Shown here: in pieces, positions 51,133 through 62,630 of the stretch | How the letters are laid out: the number at the start of each line of letters is the position of its first letter | Numbering within the stretch: the first letter of the stretch is position 1 | From: an uncultured archaeon | Lineage (GTDB): Archaea; Thermoproteota; Bathyarchaeia; Bathyarchaeales; Bathycorpusculaceae | NCBI GenBank assembly: GCA_963800605.1 | Contig: CAWDBI010000013.1 | Coordinates: 5,841-69,840, forward strand | DNA length: 64,000 nucleotides | Direction of reading: 5' to 3' | Made by a program: the position numbers and the translations under genes | The notes under the pieces: model-generated | Database searches by the model: none | The model's input: only the letters and a program-made list of their open reading frames with translations | Told to the model about the DNA's origin: nothing

Positions 51133-53051
51133 ATGGTAATTGAAAGTATAAACTGGATGGCCGGTGGACCACAAGGAAGCGGCGTTGATACAGCATCCAC
51201 CATATTCGGCAGAGCCTGCGGTTACGGAGGACTCTACGTCTTTGGCAGACGCGAATACCACTCGAACATTAAAACTATGCATAGCTATTTCCATCAGCGG
51301 GTAAGCAAACAACCCACATTAGCGAATATTAGCGATGTGAATTTGTTGGCTGCGTTTGATGCGGAAACGGTGGTGCGCCATATCAGCGAAGTCGTGAGTG
51401 AAGGCGGCTATAATAGTGGATTCACGCGATCTTTCAGTCAATGTACTCAAAGATATCTCGACCTTCAGTGAAGAATATAAAGCTCAAGTCCGCGATTTCC
51501 AAAAACAAAACGGTGTAGGCGAAACCATAAACGATTACCTAAACTATGCAAAAACTAAACAGATCCAAGTTTACCCTGTACCATACATGGACTTGCTCGC
51601 TCAAATTGGCAAACAACTCAACATAGAAAAAATCAGCATGCTCACAAAAATGATCAACGTCTTAACCATCGGCGTATCTTTTGCGCTACTAAAGTACGAC
51701 CGCAAACTAGTCGAAGATGCAATCAAAGCTACCTTCCACGAAAAAATCGCTGTCATGAACGTCTCAGCCATAGATACAGCCTATGATTATACCGAGAAAA
51801 ACTTTGACGTTAACAAGTTTAAGCATAAACTTGAAAAACAACCCCCAACAGAATCACGAATTTTCCTAACAGGTAACCAAGCCGTAGCAATGGGCAAAGT
51901 GCTGGGCGGCTGTAGAGTCCAAACATACTATCCCATCACCCCCGCTGCTGACGAAAGTGAATATTTAGAAGCACACGAAATTCTAAAAACCAAAAGCGGC
52001 AGCCAAGAAGCCATAATTGTGCTTCAAACAGAGGATGAAATCGCCGCAGTCAACTCAGCATCAGGTGCATGCTTGGCAGGTGCACGGGCAGCAACCAGCA
52101 CGTCTGGTCCAGGCTTTTCGTTGATGGCTGAAGGTTTAGGTTGGGCAGGAAACAACGAAGTGCCCCTAGTTATAACAATGTATCAGCGTGGTGGACCAGC
52201 CACTGGGCAGCCAACTCGCCACAGCCAACAAGACCTTAGGTTTGCTATGCATGCAGCTCACGGAGAATTCGCACGGATTATCCTCGCCTCAGGTGACATC
52301 GAAGAGTGCTTCTATGATGCAGCAGAAGTATTCAACCTCGCCGAAAAATATCAGATGCCCGTCATCCATCTTCTCGATAAGGGTATGGCAAACTCATCAC
52401 AGACTTACCCCGTCTTTGATTATAGCAAAGTCAAAATCGACCGAGGATTAATCGTTGGCGAAAAAGACCTTGAAGGCAAAACCTACAAGCGATTCCAATA
52501 TACCGAATCAGGCGTATCCCCCCGAGCATTCCTCGGCACAAAGAACGCTATTCAATGGTACAGTGGCGATGAACACAATGAAATGGGCAACATTAACGAG
52601 GAAGTAGTTAACCGCCGCAAAATGATGGATAAACGAATTAGCAAACTCGTACTTGTAGATAGGGAAGTTCCATTCGAGTTTAAGGTGAAGTTTTTCGGCG
52701 ATAAAACCGCAGAGAACATTGTGGTCAGTTGGGGGTCACCCAAAGGAGCCATAATCGAAGCCTTAGACCAGCTTAAAGATGAAGGCTACAGCTTAGGATA
52801 TTTGCAAATTCGCATGATTCTTCCTTTTCCCTCTGCCCAAATCAAAGAATTGTTGTTGGGTAAGAAACGGATTATCGACGTGGAAGACAACCATAACGCC
52901 CAACTCGGCGGAGTAATCACCGAACACACCGAAATAAAACCAACCCACTATGTCCTCAAATATACGGGGCGACCCATGATGACAACAGAAGTATACCAAG
53001 CCCTAAAAGCAATTGTTACTAATCAGGCAGCTCAACGGCAGGTGCTCATGC

Positions 53052-53062
<11 letters not shown>
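51133..53062 (+). CDS. korA: 2-oxoacid:ferredoxin oxidoreductase alpha (fused gamma) subunit; frameshift near 51410
   Basis: GGPQGSGVDT, REYHSNIK, YYPITPA, QTEDEIAA, TSGPGFSLM, QRGGPATG. Confidence 0.88.
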
Positions 53063-54018
<956 letters not shown>

Positions 54019-54113
54019 AATTGAAAGAAACTGGTGAGGAGCTTCTCCTTTCCCCCTCAAGTTCTTATTTGCTTTCTATGTTTATATATCCCTATTTCTA
54101 AGCTCGACACATG

Positions 54114-54485
54114 TCACGGTTGGTCTGGCTCTAAATCAACATAGCATTCTTGGGTGAATCTGGGTGTGCAGACACAGTAGAAGACTAAGTCGGTTTCACC
54201 GGTGTTTTTTACTTTCTGTGAAGTCTGAGATGGAATAACCACGACATCGCCCACTGTTACCTCGGTTGGTTCTAAATCGCCGATGTAAACGGTGCCTTTA
54301 CCGCTTGTGATAATATAAATCTCTTGTACCCCCTGGATTAGGTGGTGTGCTTTAGTGGTTACGCCTGGTTTTATTGTTGCCCGCGCTACTGAGACTGCTG
54401 GGTCACTGTGGTTTTCAGCTATATAGCAGTGTTCGGGGGTTAGGTATTCGTGGGGAGTTTTGGCTTTGATGATTTTTGGCTGCAT
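54114..54485 (-). CDS. Cupin domain protein
   Basis: PGVTTKAHH, EIYIITSGKG, GDVVVIP, NTG. Confidence 0.85.
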   Translation of the reverse strand: MQPKIIKAKTPHEYLTPEHCYIAENHSDPAVSVARATIKPGVTTKAHHLIQGVQEIYIITSGKGTVYIGDLEPTEVTVGDVVVIPSQTSQKVKNTGETDLVFYCVCTPRFTQECYVDLEPDQP

Positions 54486-54721
54486 TATTCATCACTTTTC
54501 TCTAATTTTCCAGACGTAGAGGTCCAGTTTGGGGCTGTTTATTGATGAATACCCGTTTTTTGTTATATTGCTTGCGTAAGCCTTAACCAAAGTGTATATT
54601 TGGGTGGATAGGGGTTTTTTTGTGATTTGGGCGTTTTTCTGAGTTTTTAGTTGTTGTGTTTTTTGTGTATTTTTTATGGAGATTGTATCCAGGTTTTGGG
54701 TGGGTTTACATTTAATATGTA

Positions 54722-54753
54722 AAAAGTCCTTATATATGCGCTAACTGTAGTGT
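54722..54753 (+). promoter_or_regulatory. BRE/TATA promoter with an adjacent NrdR-box-like site
   Basis: aaaagtcc-TTATATAT, followed directly by gcgCtAactgTaGtgt (54738-54753), 11/16 matches to acaCwAtATaTwGtgt. Confidence 0.4.
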
Positions 54754-54808
54754 ATTCAATAAGCTTATCGGCACTACGGATAAAAGACTGCATGAGTATG
54801 TATAACCT

Positions 54809-55257
54809 ATGAGATGCCCCTACTGCAACTCAGAAAATTCAAAACACTCGAAACACGCGATTCCCCAGAAAACACTACACGCAGACGAAAAGAATGCATA
54901 ACCTGCGCCAAACGGTACACAACCTACGAGTACCTCGAAACCGTCGAGCTTATGGTACGTAAAAAAGACGGCCAACTCCAACGCTTCGACGTCAATAAAA
55001 TCATCCGCGGCCTACAGAAAGCCTGCGAAAAACGCCCCGTAACCATGGCTCAAATCAACGAGTTAGCAGACCAAGTACGTCAAGACCTAATGCTCAAAGG
55101 CACCGAAGAAGTTGCATCCGAAGAAATCGGCGATTTAATCATGACTCACCTCAAAAAAGTCGACCGCATCGCTTACATTCGATTCGCTTCGGTTTACAAA
55201 AAGTTTGAAGAGCCTGAAGATTTCAGGCGAGTACTATCGGAAGTGAAGAAACAATGA
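54809..55257 (+). CDS. nrdR: Transcriptional repressor NrdR (frameshift near 54842)
   Basis: ATG 54809 MRCPYCNS, TRRRKECITCAKRYTTYE, ATP-cone, ACEKRPV, IAYIRFASVY. Confidence 0.92.
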
Positions 55258-57389
55258 AGTTTGTCCTAAAACGTGATAGTAAATTAGAACCATTCGATCA
55301 AGAACGAATAACACATAGCTATTTGGAAAGCTGCAAAAGCAGTGGGTGGCAAAGATAAAGAACAGGCTAAACAAGTTAGCGACAAAGTTGTAGCTGAATT
55401 AAACAAGCTCTATCGGCGACGATGGCGTACCCACAGTTGAAGAAATACAGGACTTAGTGGAAAAACGCTTAATCGAAAACGGCCACGCCTCAACAGCTAA
55501 AGCCTACATCTTGTACCGCAAACAGCACACCGACATGCGCGAACTCGCCGCATTACTGAGCTCAGCTGACATGGTTGATCAGTATCTAGAGGTTGAGGAT
55601 TGGCGAGTAAAAGAAAACAGCAACATGAGCTACTCACTCCAGGGCTTAAACAATTACCTCTCATCCACAGTCATCGCCAAATACTGGATAGCCCGCATCT
55701 ACCCAGAAAACATCGCAGCCGCACACTTCTCAGGCGACCTACACATCCACGACTTAGGCGTCCTGGGACCATACTGTGTTGGCTGGGACGTTAGCGACCT
55801 ATTACTATCAGGCTTCGGTGGAGTACATGGCAAAATCGAAAGCAAACCAGCCAAACACTTCCGAACTGCCCTTGGACAAGTAGTCAACTTCTTCTATACT
55901 CTACAGGGCGAAGCCGCAGGCGCACAGGCCTTTAGCAACTTCGACACTTATCTAGCACCCTTCATACGCTACGACCACCTAACACAAAAAGACGTTGAGC
56001 AAGCACTGCAAGAATTCTTCTTCAACATGAACGTGCCCACACGCGTCGGCTTCCAAACACCCTTCACCAACTTGACATTGGACTTAACTGTTCCTGAATT
56101 CATGAAGAACGAAGCCGTCATCTACAACGGCAAAGTCACGCAAGACACCTACGGCGACATGACCAAAGAAATGGAAATGTTCAACATTGCATTCGCCGAA
56201 GTCATGAAGCAAGGCGACGCAAAAGGCAGAGTCTTCACCTTCCCAATCCCAACATACAACATCACCAAAGACTTCGACTGGGATTCACCAGTTTCACAAG
56301 CAATCTTTGAAGTCACAGCCAAATACGGCGTACCCAACTTTAGCAACTTCGTAAACAGCGACCTCAAACCCGAAGACGTACGCAGCATGTGCTGCCGACT
56401 GCGCATCGACAACCGCGAATTACGCAAACGAGGAGGCGGCTTCTTCGGCGCTAACCCACTTAACAGGCAGCATCGGAGTCGTTACCCTAAACATCCCCCG
56501 AATCGGATACCTATCTAAAGACGAGGATGAATTCTTCGAGAAATTAGGCGGCTTAATGGATGTTGCAAAATCCAGCTTAGAAATCAAACGCAAAGTCCTC
56601 GAAGGCTTCACAGACAACGGCTTATACCCATACTCCAAACGCTACCTACGCCATGTAAAAGAGGGATTCGATAAATACTGGAAGAACCACTTCTCAACCA
56701 TCGGCATAGTCGGCATCAACGAAGCAGTACTCAACCTGCTTGGGTCAAAACATCGCCTCCAAAGATGGGCAAGCCTTCGCAGTTAAGACACTTACGTTCA
56801 TGCGTAAACGGATATCTGATTACCAAGAGGAAACAGGCAACATATACAACCTTAGAAGCCACCCCCGCAGAAGGCACATCTTACCGCTTAGCCCGCATTA
56901 GACAGAAAACGCTACCGCGACATCATATTCGCCAACCAAAAACACATCGTTGAAGCGAACATGCTGAACCATTCTACACCAACTCATCCCAGTTGCCAGT
57001 TGACTTCTCAGGTGACCTCTTCGAAGCACTCGAACACCAAGAAACTCTCCAAACACTCTACACAGGCGGTACAAACTTCCACATATTCCTCGGCGAACGC
57101 TTACCCTCATGGAAATCCGCTGCTGAACTCATCAAAAAAGTCAGCTGGAACTCAAAACTACCCTACTTCACCCTGACACCCAACCTTTAGCGTCTGCCCA
57201 ACACACGGCTACATGAGCGGCGAACACAAAACCTGCCCAACCTGCGGCATCCGCAGCGAAGTCTACAGCCGCGTAGTCGGTTACCTACGCCCAGTTGACC
57301 AATGGAACGACGGCAAACAAGCAGAATTCGCCATACGCAAAACCTTCGACCGCTCAACAGTGACACAATCCGCACCGCTGACAGTGTAA
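55254..57389 (+). CDS. nrdD: Anaerobic (class III) ribonucleoside-triphosphate reductase (several frameshifts)
   Basis: N-terminal ATP-cone, KENSN, HIHDL, PYC, AGAQAF, FTFPIPT, RSMCCRL, EATPAEG, CPTHG, YSRVVGYLRP (glycyl-radical motif). Confidence 0.92.
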
Positions 57390-57401
57390 GGTGAAACTTG
57401 A

Positions 57402-58079
57402 TTGAAGTTTAGCGGATTACAAAAAACCAGCCTATTGGATTTCCCAGACCATATAGCCTCTGTGCTATTCACGCCAGGCTGCAACCTACGCTGCCCATAC
57501 TGTCATAACTACAAAATCGCTGTTGACCCCCAACCGCCGTTTCTACAGGAAGGCGCTGCATTACAGATACTTGAGAGCCGCAAGAAATACGTGGACTCAG
57601 TCGTAATTACCGGCGGGGAACCCTGTATGCATAAGGAACTGCCCAAGTTTTTGGCTAAGCTCAAAGAAAGGGGTTTCATGGTTAAGCTGGATACAAACGG
57701 CTGCTTCCCAGACACCCTCCAAGAATGCCTGCCCTATGTGGACTATGTAGCCATGGACATTAAGACCAGCCCAGAAAAATACAAGCTCCTCGGCACACCT
57801 GACACCACAGCACTAAAGCGCTCTGTTGAAATCCTAAAAACCGGCAAAGTACCCTACGAGTTCCGGACCACCGTGGTTCCAGAAATCGTCAATGCAGAAG
57901 ACATCCCAACCATCGGCGAATTAGCTAGGGGTGCCAAAGTCTATGCGCTTCAACAGTTCGTTGCAGAAGACATGTTAGATAAGCGATTCAAATCGCTCAA
58001 GCCTTATGCGCCTGAAACCATTCAGGGATTTGCTGAAATCCTCAAAAAGTATGTTGAGAATGTCGTGCTTAGGGTATAA
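57402..58079 (+). CDS. nrdG: Anaerobic RNR activating radical-SAM enzyme
   Basis: GCNLRCPYCHN, ITGGEP, KLDTNG, YEFRTT. Confidence 0.92.
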   Translation: MKFSGLQKTSLLDFPDHIASVLFTPGCNLRCPYCHNYKIAVDPQPPFLQEGAALQILESRKKYVDSVVITGGEPCMHKELPKFLAKLKERGFMVKLDTNGCFPDTLQECLPYVDYVAMDIKTSPEKYKLLGTPDTTALKRSVEILKTGKVPYEFRTTVVPEIVNAEDIPTIGELARGAKVYALQQFVAEDMLDKRFKSLKPYAPETIQGFAEILKKYVENVVLRV

Positions 58080-58287
58080 GTGCAAAAATATTTTCTTTGA
58101 AAACCACGCGACCGCCTAGCGCGCTTCCGTGGGGTTTGTGGGGTTAGCGTTTTTGATTTCGGCATTGATTGGTTTGGCTACGGTGCCACTGGTTGCAGGT
58201 TTCAAGAAAGCATCCAAATCAGGGTGACTATTTCAAGGCTTTTTTGGTGACTGGCTATGCTCTAATCGACTACGAACATAGCAGACC

Positions 58288-60309
58288 TTATGTAGCCGGA
58301 GATAAGACAAACGCAGAACGCGCCGGTAAGTAGAGGCTAAGCATATACCGATTCTGAGATCCCAAACGATCAGTAAGGGTAAAATGCTTCTGATCCGGCG
58401 GCTGCAATCTATCGTATCCGCCGTATTTTGCTGCATCACAATCCAAAAGCAACCTATATTCGCCTGGTGGGGCGTCAAATCGATAGTCGGTGTAGGACTG
58501 GTTTGGGTGAAAGTTGAAGGCAAAAATCAAATTTGCCTTTCGGAAGATAATTACTTTATTCTCTGAATCCACATGCAATAGTACGCTTGGCAACTCAAAG
58601 ATACGATACCGTTTAGCCAGTTCAACCATGTCCTGATCAAAGCGGGCTAACAAGCCATACTTTAGATTAGGATCATCTTCGAGATGCCAACGTCTGAGGG
58701 CATACTTATATGACCAGCCGTTTCCTTCACGGGGAAAATCTACCCATTCAGGGTGACCAAACTCGTTGCCCATAAAGTTGAGATAACCCGCGCCTGCAGT
58801 AGCTAAGGTAATCAAACGGATCATCTTATGCAATACGATTCCACGAGCAACCCGCAAGTTATCATCAAATATTGACATATGATTGTACATCGTTTCGCCA
58901 ATTAATCGGAAAATAAGAGTTTGATCTCCTACCAGCGCTTGATCGTGTGATTCAGCGTAACTGATTGTTTTTTCGTCTTTCCTGCGATTATTTAGTTCAA
59001 ACCAAAGATGACCTATAGGCCAATCCTCATCAGGAATATCTTTTACCAGACGAATCCAGTAATCGGGAACGCCCATAGCGAATCGGTAGTCGAAGCCAAA
59101 CCCCCCTTTGTTTTGGGCTCTGGCTAAACTGGGCATGCCACTGACGTCTTCTGCTATTGTGACAGCGTCAGATCGTAGATGGTGAATCAATCGGTTAGCT
59201 AAAAACAAATAAGCCAGAGCATCCTCGTCTACGCCGCTGGTGAAGTAATCCTCATAGGAAGTAAATATTCTATTGATTCCATGGTTTAGGTAGAGCATGC
59301 TGGTTACACCGTCAAACCGGAACCCATCAACATGGAACTCATCAAGCCAGTAACGGCAATTTGAAAGCAGAAAATGCAGCACTTGAGGTTTACCGTAATC
59401 AAAGCAAAGTGAACCCCAAGTTGGATGTATTCCTCGTGGGCCTGCATGGAAATATTGGGATACTGTTCCATCAAAACGGGCTAATCCCTCGACTTCGTTT
59501 GGTACAGAATGGGAATGGACAAGATCCATGAGTACGGTAAGCCCCACTGCATGTGCTGCATCAATCAGTTCTTTTAGTTCATTTGGCGTTCCAAACCGTG
59601 ACGAAGGCGCAAAGAAACTAGAAACTTGATAGCCAAAAGATCCATAGTAAGGATGTTCTTGAATAGCCATTAACTGCAAGGTGTTATAGCCGGCTTTGAT
59701 TATTCGGGGCAACACCTTATTGGTGAATTCGTTGAATGTTCCGATTTTTTCTTCTTCTTGTGCCATTCCTACGTGGGCTTCATAGATTAATGGCGGCTCG
59801 TTTGGGCGTTTGAAATTAGGTATTTTCCATACATAGGGGTTTGTGGGGGCCCAGACTTGAGCGTTAAATATTAGCGTATTAGGGTCCTGTACCACGCGTC
59901 GGGCATAAGCTGGAATGCGGTCCCCCTCGCCGCCTGGCCAGTGCATCCTAAGACGGTAAAGATCGCCATGCCTAAGCTTATCGGGTGTTAACCATATTTC
60001 CCAGGTACCTATATCATTGATTTTTTTTAGAGCAAACTGTTGCTCTTCTCGCCAGCCAGTAAAATCACCTATTAAATAAATTGCTTCTGCGTTTGGTGCC
60101 CATTCACGGAAAACCCATTGTCCATTCCGAAAATGAAGACCGAAGAATTCGTGACCTGACGCAAAATCCCATAAAGTCATTTGGCCTTGAGTTAGACGCC
60201 TCTCTGTTAGCTCGATATATTCAAGTCGCCGCTTAATTATGTCAGAATATGGAATAAGATATGGATCGCTTTCCAATAGTTGGCTTACTTGTTTTTCAAA
60301 TACATTCAT
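58288..60309 (-). CDS. glgB: 1,4-alpha-glucan branching enzyme, GH13_8-type
   Basis: FREWAPNA, IYEAHVGM, HPYYGSFGYQV, GFRFDGVTSMLY, IAEDVSG, YAESHDQALVGD, NFMGNEFGHPEW. Confidence 0.93.
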   Translation of the reverse strand: MNVFEKQVSQLLESDPYLIPYSDIIKRRLEYIELTERRLTQGQMTLWDFASGHEFFGLHFRNGQWVFREWAPNAEAIYLIGDFTGWREEQQFALKKINDIGTWEIWLTPDKLRHGDLYRLRMHWPGGEGDRIPAYARRVVQDPNTLIFNAQVWAPTNPYVWKIPNFKRPNEPPLIYEAHVGMAQEEEKIGTFNEFTNKVLPRIIKAGYNTLQLMAIQEHPYYGSFGYQVSSFFAPSSRFGTPNELKELIDAAHAVGLTVLMDLVHSHSVPNEVEGLARFDGTVSQYFHAGPRGIHPTWGSLCFDYGKPQVLHFLLSNCRYWLDEFHVDGFRFDGVTSMLYLNHGINRIFTSYEDYFTSGVDEDALAYLFLANRLIHHLRSDAVTIAEDVSGMPSLARAQNKGGFGFDYRFAMGVPDYWIRLVKDIPDEDWPIGHLWFELNNRRKDEKTISYAESHDQALVGDQTLIFRLIGETMYNHMSIFDDNLRVARGIVLHKMIRLITLATAGAGYLNFMGNEFGHPEWVDFPREGNGWSYKYALRRWHLEDDPNLKYGLLARFDQDMVELAKRYRIFELPSVLLHVDSENKVIIFRKANLIFAFNFHPNQSYTDYRFDAPPGEYRLLLDCDAAKYGGYDRLQPPDQKHFTLTDRLGSQNRYMLSLYLPARSAFVLSPAT

Positions 60310-60363
60310 CTAAATATCTACCAAATTTTGAGGCGCAACATTTTTTGTCAGAAGAATACAATA

Positions 60364-61536
60364 TCAATGCCCTACAAGAGGATTTAGCAACTCATGCCCT
60401 TTAGCTTTAATCTTAAACGGAATTTTCACATATTTACCTTCAAGAATAATCCTGAGTGACTCCAACGAAGAGGGGTTATCGGAGAATAGAAGGACCGCGC
60501 CACCCCCACCCGCACCTAATGGAAAGGCTTCACAATTCTCTGACTTTGCATACTTTAACAATTCTTCGGCACCATCCATATAATTAGCGCAGAGTGCGGT
60601 TCGGATTTCACGATATTTTCGGATTGAATTAAGTGCTTGGTTCCATTTTCGAAGTCTTAAGGCTTCTTTAAATTCGTAGGCTATCTCTGGCGTCTTTCGG
60701 TGGAGTGCAAATCCTTCAGGAGTTGACAAAGCCTCTCTCCAAACTGAATTAACATCGCTACTGTGTCTTGTTTTGCCCGTATGATAAATGGCCATTCTAC
60801 ATTCAAGTTCAGGATAATCTTTTGGAGGTATCAATTCGGAACGCCATGATTCCCCGTAACCTGATTGTGGCTGATTAGGAATACCCCAGGGAAACCAAAC
60901 ATAATCAGTCACTCCGCCAAAGAGAACGTTTGATTGTTCCTGTGTACCGACAATGCTTACGCCTAAATCTTGTTCAATTCGTGAAGCCATGGAAACCAAT
61001 TGCACTTCGCTAAACGGTTTACCTGCAAGTTCATTTGCAAGAATACACACACCGGTTGCGGCTGTTGCTGATCCACCTAGACCAGATGATTTAATATCTG
61101 AGCGCAGATTTTCTAGAACGAATTTTACTCCTGAAAGGCAGAAGACATCGATAATTTTAAGTAACCAGTTTTCTTTTGTGGGTAAAACTTGGCCGCACTT
61201 TGAGATTATTTCGAATCCATAATCTATCGATTTGACTGCGATCATGTCGGGTTCAAAAGGGTAAGCTGTTACTTTTGTGCCAGTATCGATAGTAATGGCT
61301 ACGGTTCGGGGCAAGTTTTTTGTCCAAATTAAAGCTGGTTCATCTTCGATTTTTTTGGGGATTTGTGGCAGACTCCAGAGGGCTTGTTGGAATTCACGTA
61401 AATCTAAACTTGACCCTGGACCATCAATTCGTTGATGAGCTATGACAGCAGGTAGTAAATCTTGCTTTTGTCGCTCTTTTAATTGTTCGTTTAGATTAAG
61501 AAAAGACAGGCTCTTAGATCCTCCCTGAAAATTCAC
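60364..61536 (-). CDS. GHMP-superfamily sugar kinase (HddA/glucuronokinase-like)
   Basis: RIDG, KSSGLGGSA, RIEQDL, GTQEQ..LFGGV, YHTGKTR, GAGGGG. Confidence 0.8.
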   Translation of the reverse strand: MNFQGGSKSLSFLNLNEQLKERQKQDLLPAVIAHQRIDGPGSSLDLREFQQALWSLPQIPKKIEDEPALIWTKNLPRTVAITIDTGTKVTAYPFEPDMIAVKSIDYGFEIISKCGQVLPTKENWLLKIIDVFCLSGVKFVLENLRSDIKSSGLGGSATAATGVCILANELAGKPFSEVQLVSMASRIEQDLGVSIVGTQEQSNVLFGGVTDYVWFPWGIPNQPQSGYGESWRSELIPPKDYPELECRMAIYHTGKTRHSSDVNSVWREALSTPEGFALHRKTPEIAYEFKEALRLRKWNQALNSIRKYREIRTALCANYMDGAEELLKYAKSENCEAFPLGAGGGGAVLLFSDNPSSLESLRIILEGKYVKIPFKIKAKGHELLNPLVGH

Positions 61537-61745
61537 AAAATCTCTGATTGTATATTATTTTGTTATAAGTTAAGAGTTGCGTTTTCTGGGGGATCAATGA
61601 TTAATCATCATATAGACAATAACCAAAACTTGTCTTTTCTCTAACAGATAACCAGTTTTGCACTCAAAAGCAGCTCTTTCCAGCACTTCTCATACGCTTT
61701 ATAAGACCATTTAACCTATGTTTCAATAGTTTTTATTGCGGGTAG

Positions 61746-62003
61746 TTGAAAATGAGAGAAGAAATTCCGTTCCCAGATAGGGTTTTGCAAACATTGCATA
61801 ACTTGTGTGGTACTGCTGTTGACTTGGCTTGGAAAGGCGATGAATTAGCTAAATTCATGCAAATAGACCCCAACGAAGTCGAAAGCGTGTTGGATAATTA
61901 CAAATCGGAAGGTTTCACCGAAAACTTCGTTGACCCCAATGGTAACAAATGGTATTACCTCAACGCAAAAGGAATTATTAAGGTGTGTTCGCTTTTCACT
62001 TAG
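61746..62003 (+). CDS. Small winged-helix protein
   Basis: ELAKFMQIDPNEVESVL...WYYLNAKG. Confidence 0.65.
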   Translation: MKMREEIPFPDRVLQTLHNLCGTAVDLAWKGDELAKFMQIDPNEVESVLDNYKSEGFTENFVDPNGNKWYYLNAKGIIKVCSLFT

Positions 62004-62012
62004 TAGATACTT

Positions 62013-62630
62013 ATGCGTACGATTATTTTTTCGTGGGAGTATCCGCCGCGGGTCATAGGCAAACTTTCAGTATACGTAAAAGCTTTATCGAGAGGATTGG
62101 CTGCAAGAAAAATCGACGTTAACATCGTGACTTATGACAATTCACCCAGCAAAAGCCAGGAAGTAACAGGTGAAAAAATTGTTAGAGTATCAAACCCTGT
62201 TCAAACGCACATAGGAGTTTTAACATGGCTTTTAACCTTAAATCAAGAGATCGAAAGAGCAGCGGCTAACATTTATTACGATGCCGCTAACTTGATTGAT
62301 GTGATGGACGTTTATGATTGGCATTTTATTCCAGCTGCAGCCACGTTAAAAAACGGTTTAGGGATACCTTTTGTTTATTCTGTTGAGAGTCTTGAGGATC
62401 ATCGGTCTAACTTTGCAAAAAACCCAATTAATATGGCGATAAAAAGCATAGAATGGCTAGGTTGCTATGAGGCGGGCTTAGTCAGTGTAAAATCTAATTG
62501 GATGCGTGACGAAATTATTCGAATTTACAAGGTTCCCAAAGAAAAAATCAATGTTATTTCGACCGATCCGGAAAACTGGATATCGAATGTTACTGAAAAA
62601 TACAAGTCGTTAGGCGGGTATTCAAATTGA
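62013..62630 (+). CDS. Stand-alone GT4 N-terminal domain (degenerate paralog of the next gene)
   Basis: FSWEYPPRVIG; ends where the C-terminal domain would begin; TTGA overlap with the next gene. Confidence 0.8.
   Translation: MRTIIFSWEYPPRVIGKLSVYVKALSRGLAARKIDVNIVTYDNSPSKSQEVTGEKIVRVSNPVQTHIGVLTWLLTLNQEIERAAANIYYDAANLIDVMDVYDWHFIPAAATLKNGLGIPFVYSVESLEDHRSNFAKNPINMAIKSIEWLGCYEAGLVSVKSNWMRDEIIRIYKVPKEKINVISTDPENWISNVTEKYKSLGGYSN

Noticed and set aside
50768-51196. 142-aa minus-strand ORF
   Set aside because: Antisense to the Cys-rich microprotein and the korA start; no motifs.
55254-57389. Intein or intron in nrdD
   Set aside because: Total length (~2.1 kb) fits an uninterrupted NrdD, and no intein or homing-endonuclease motifs were seen.
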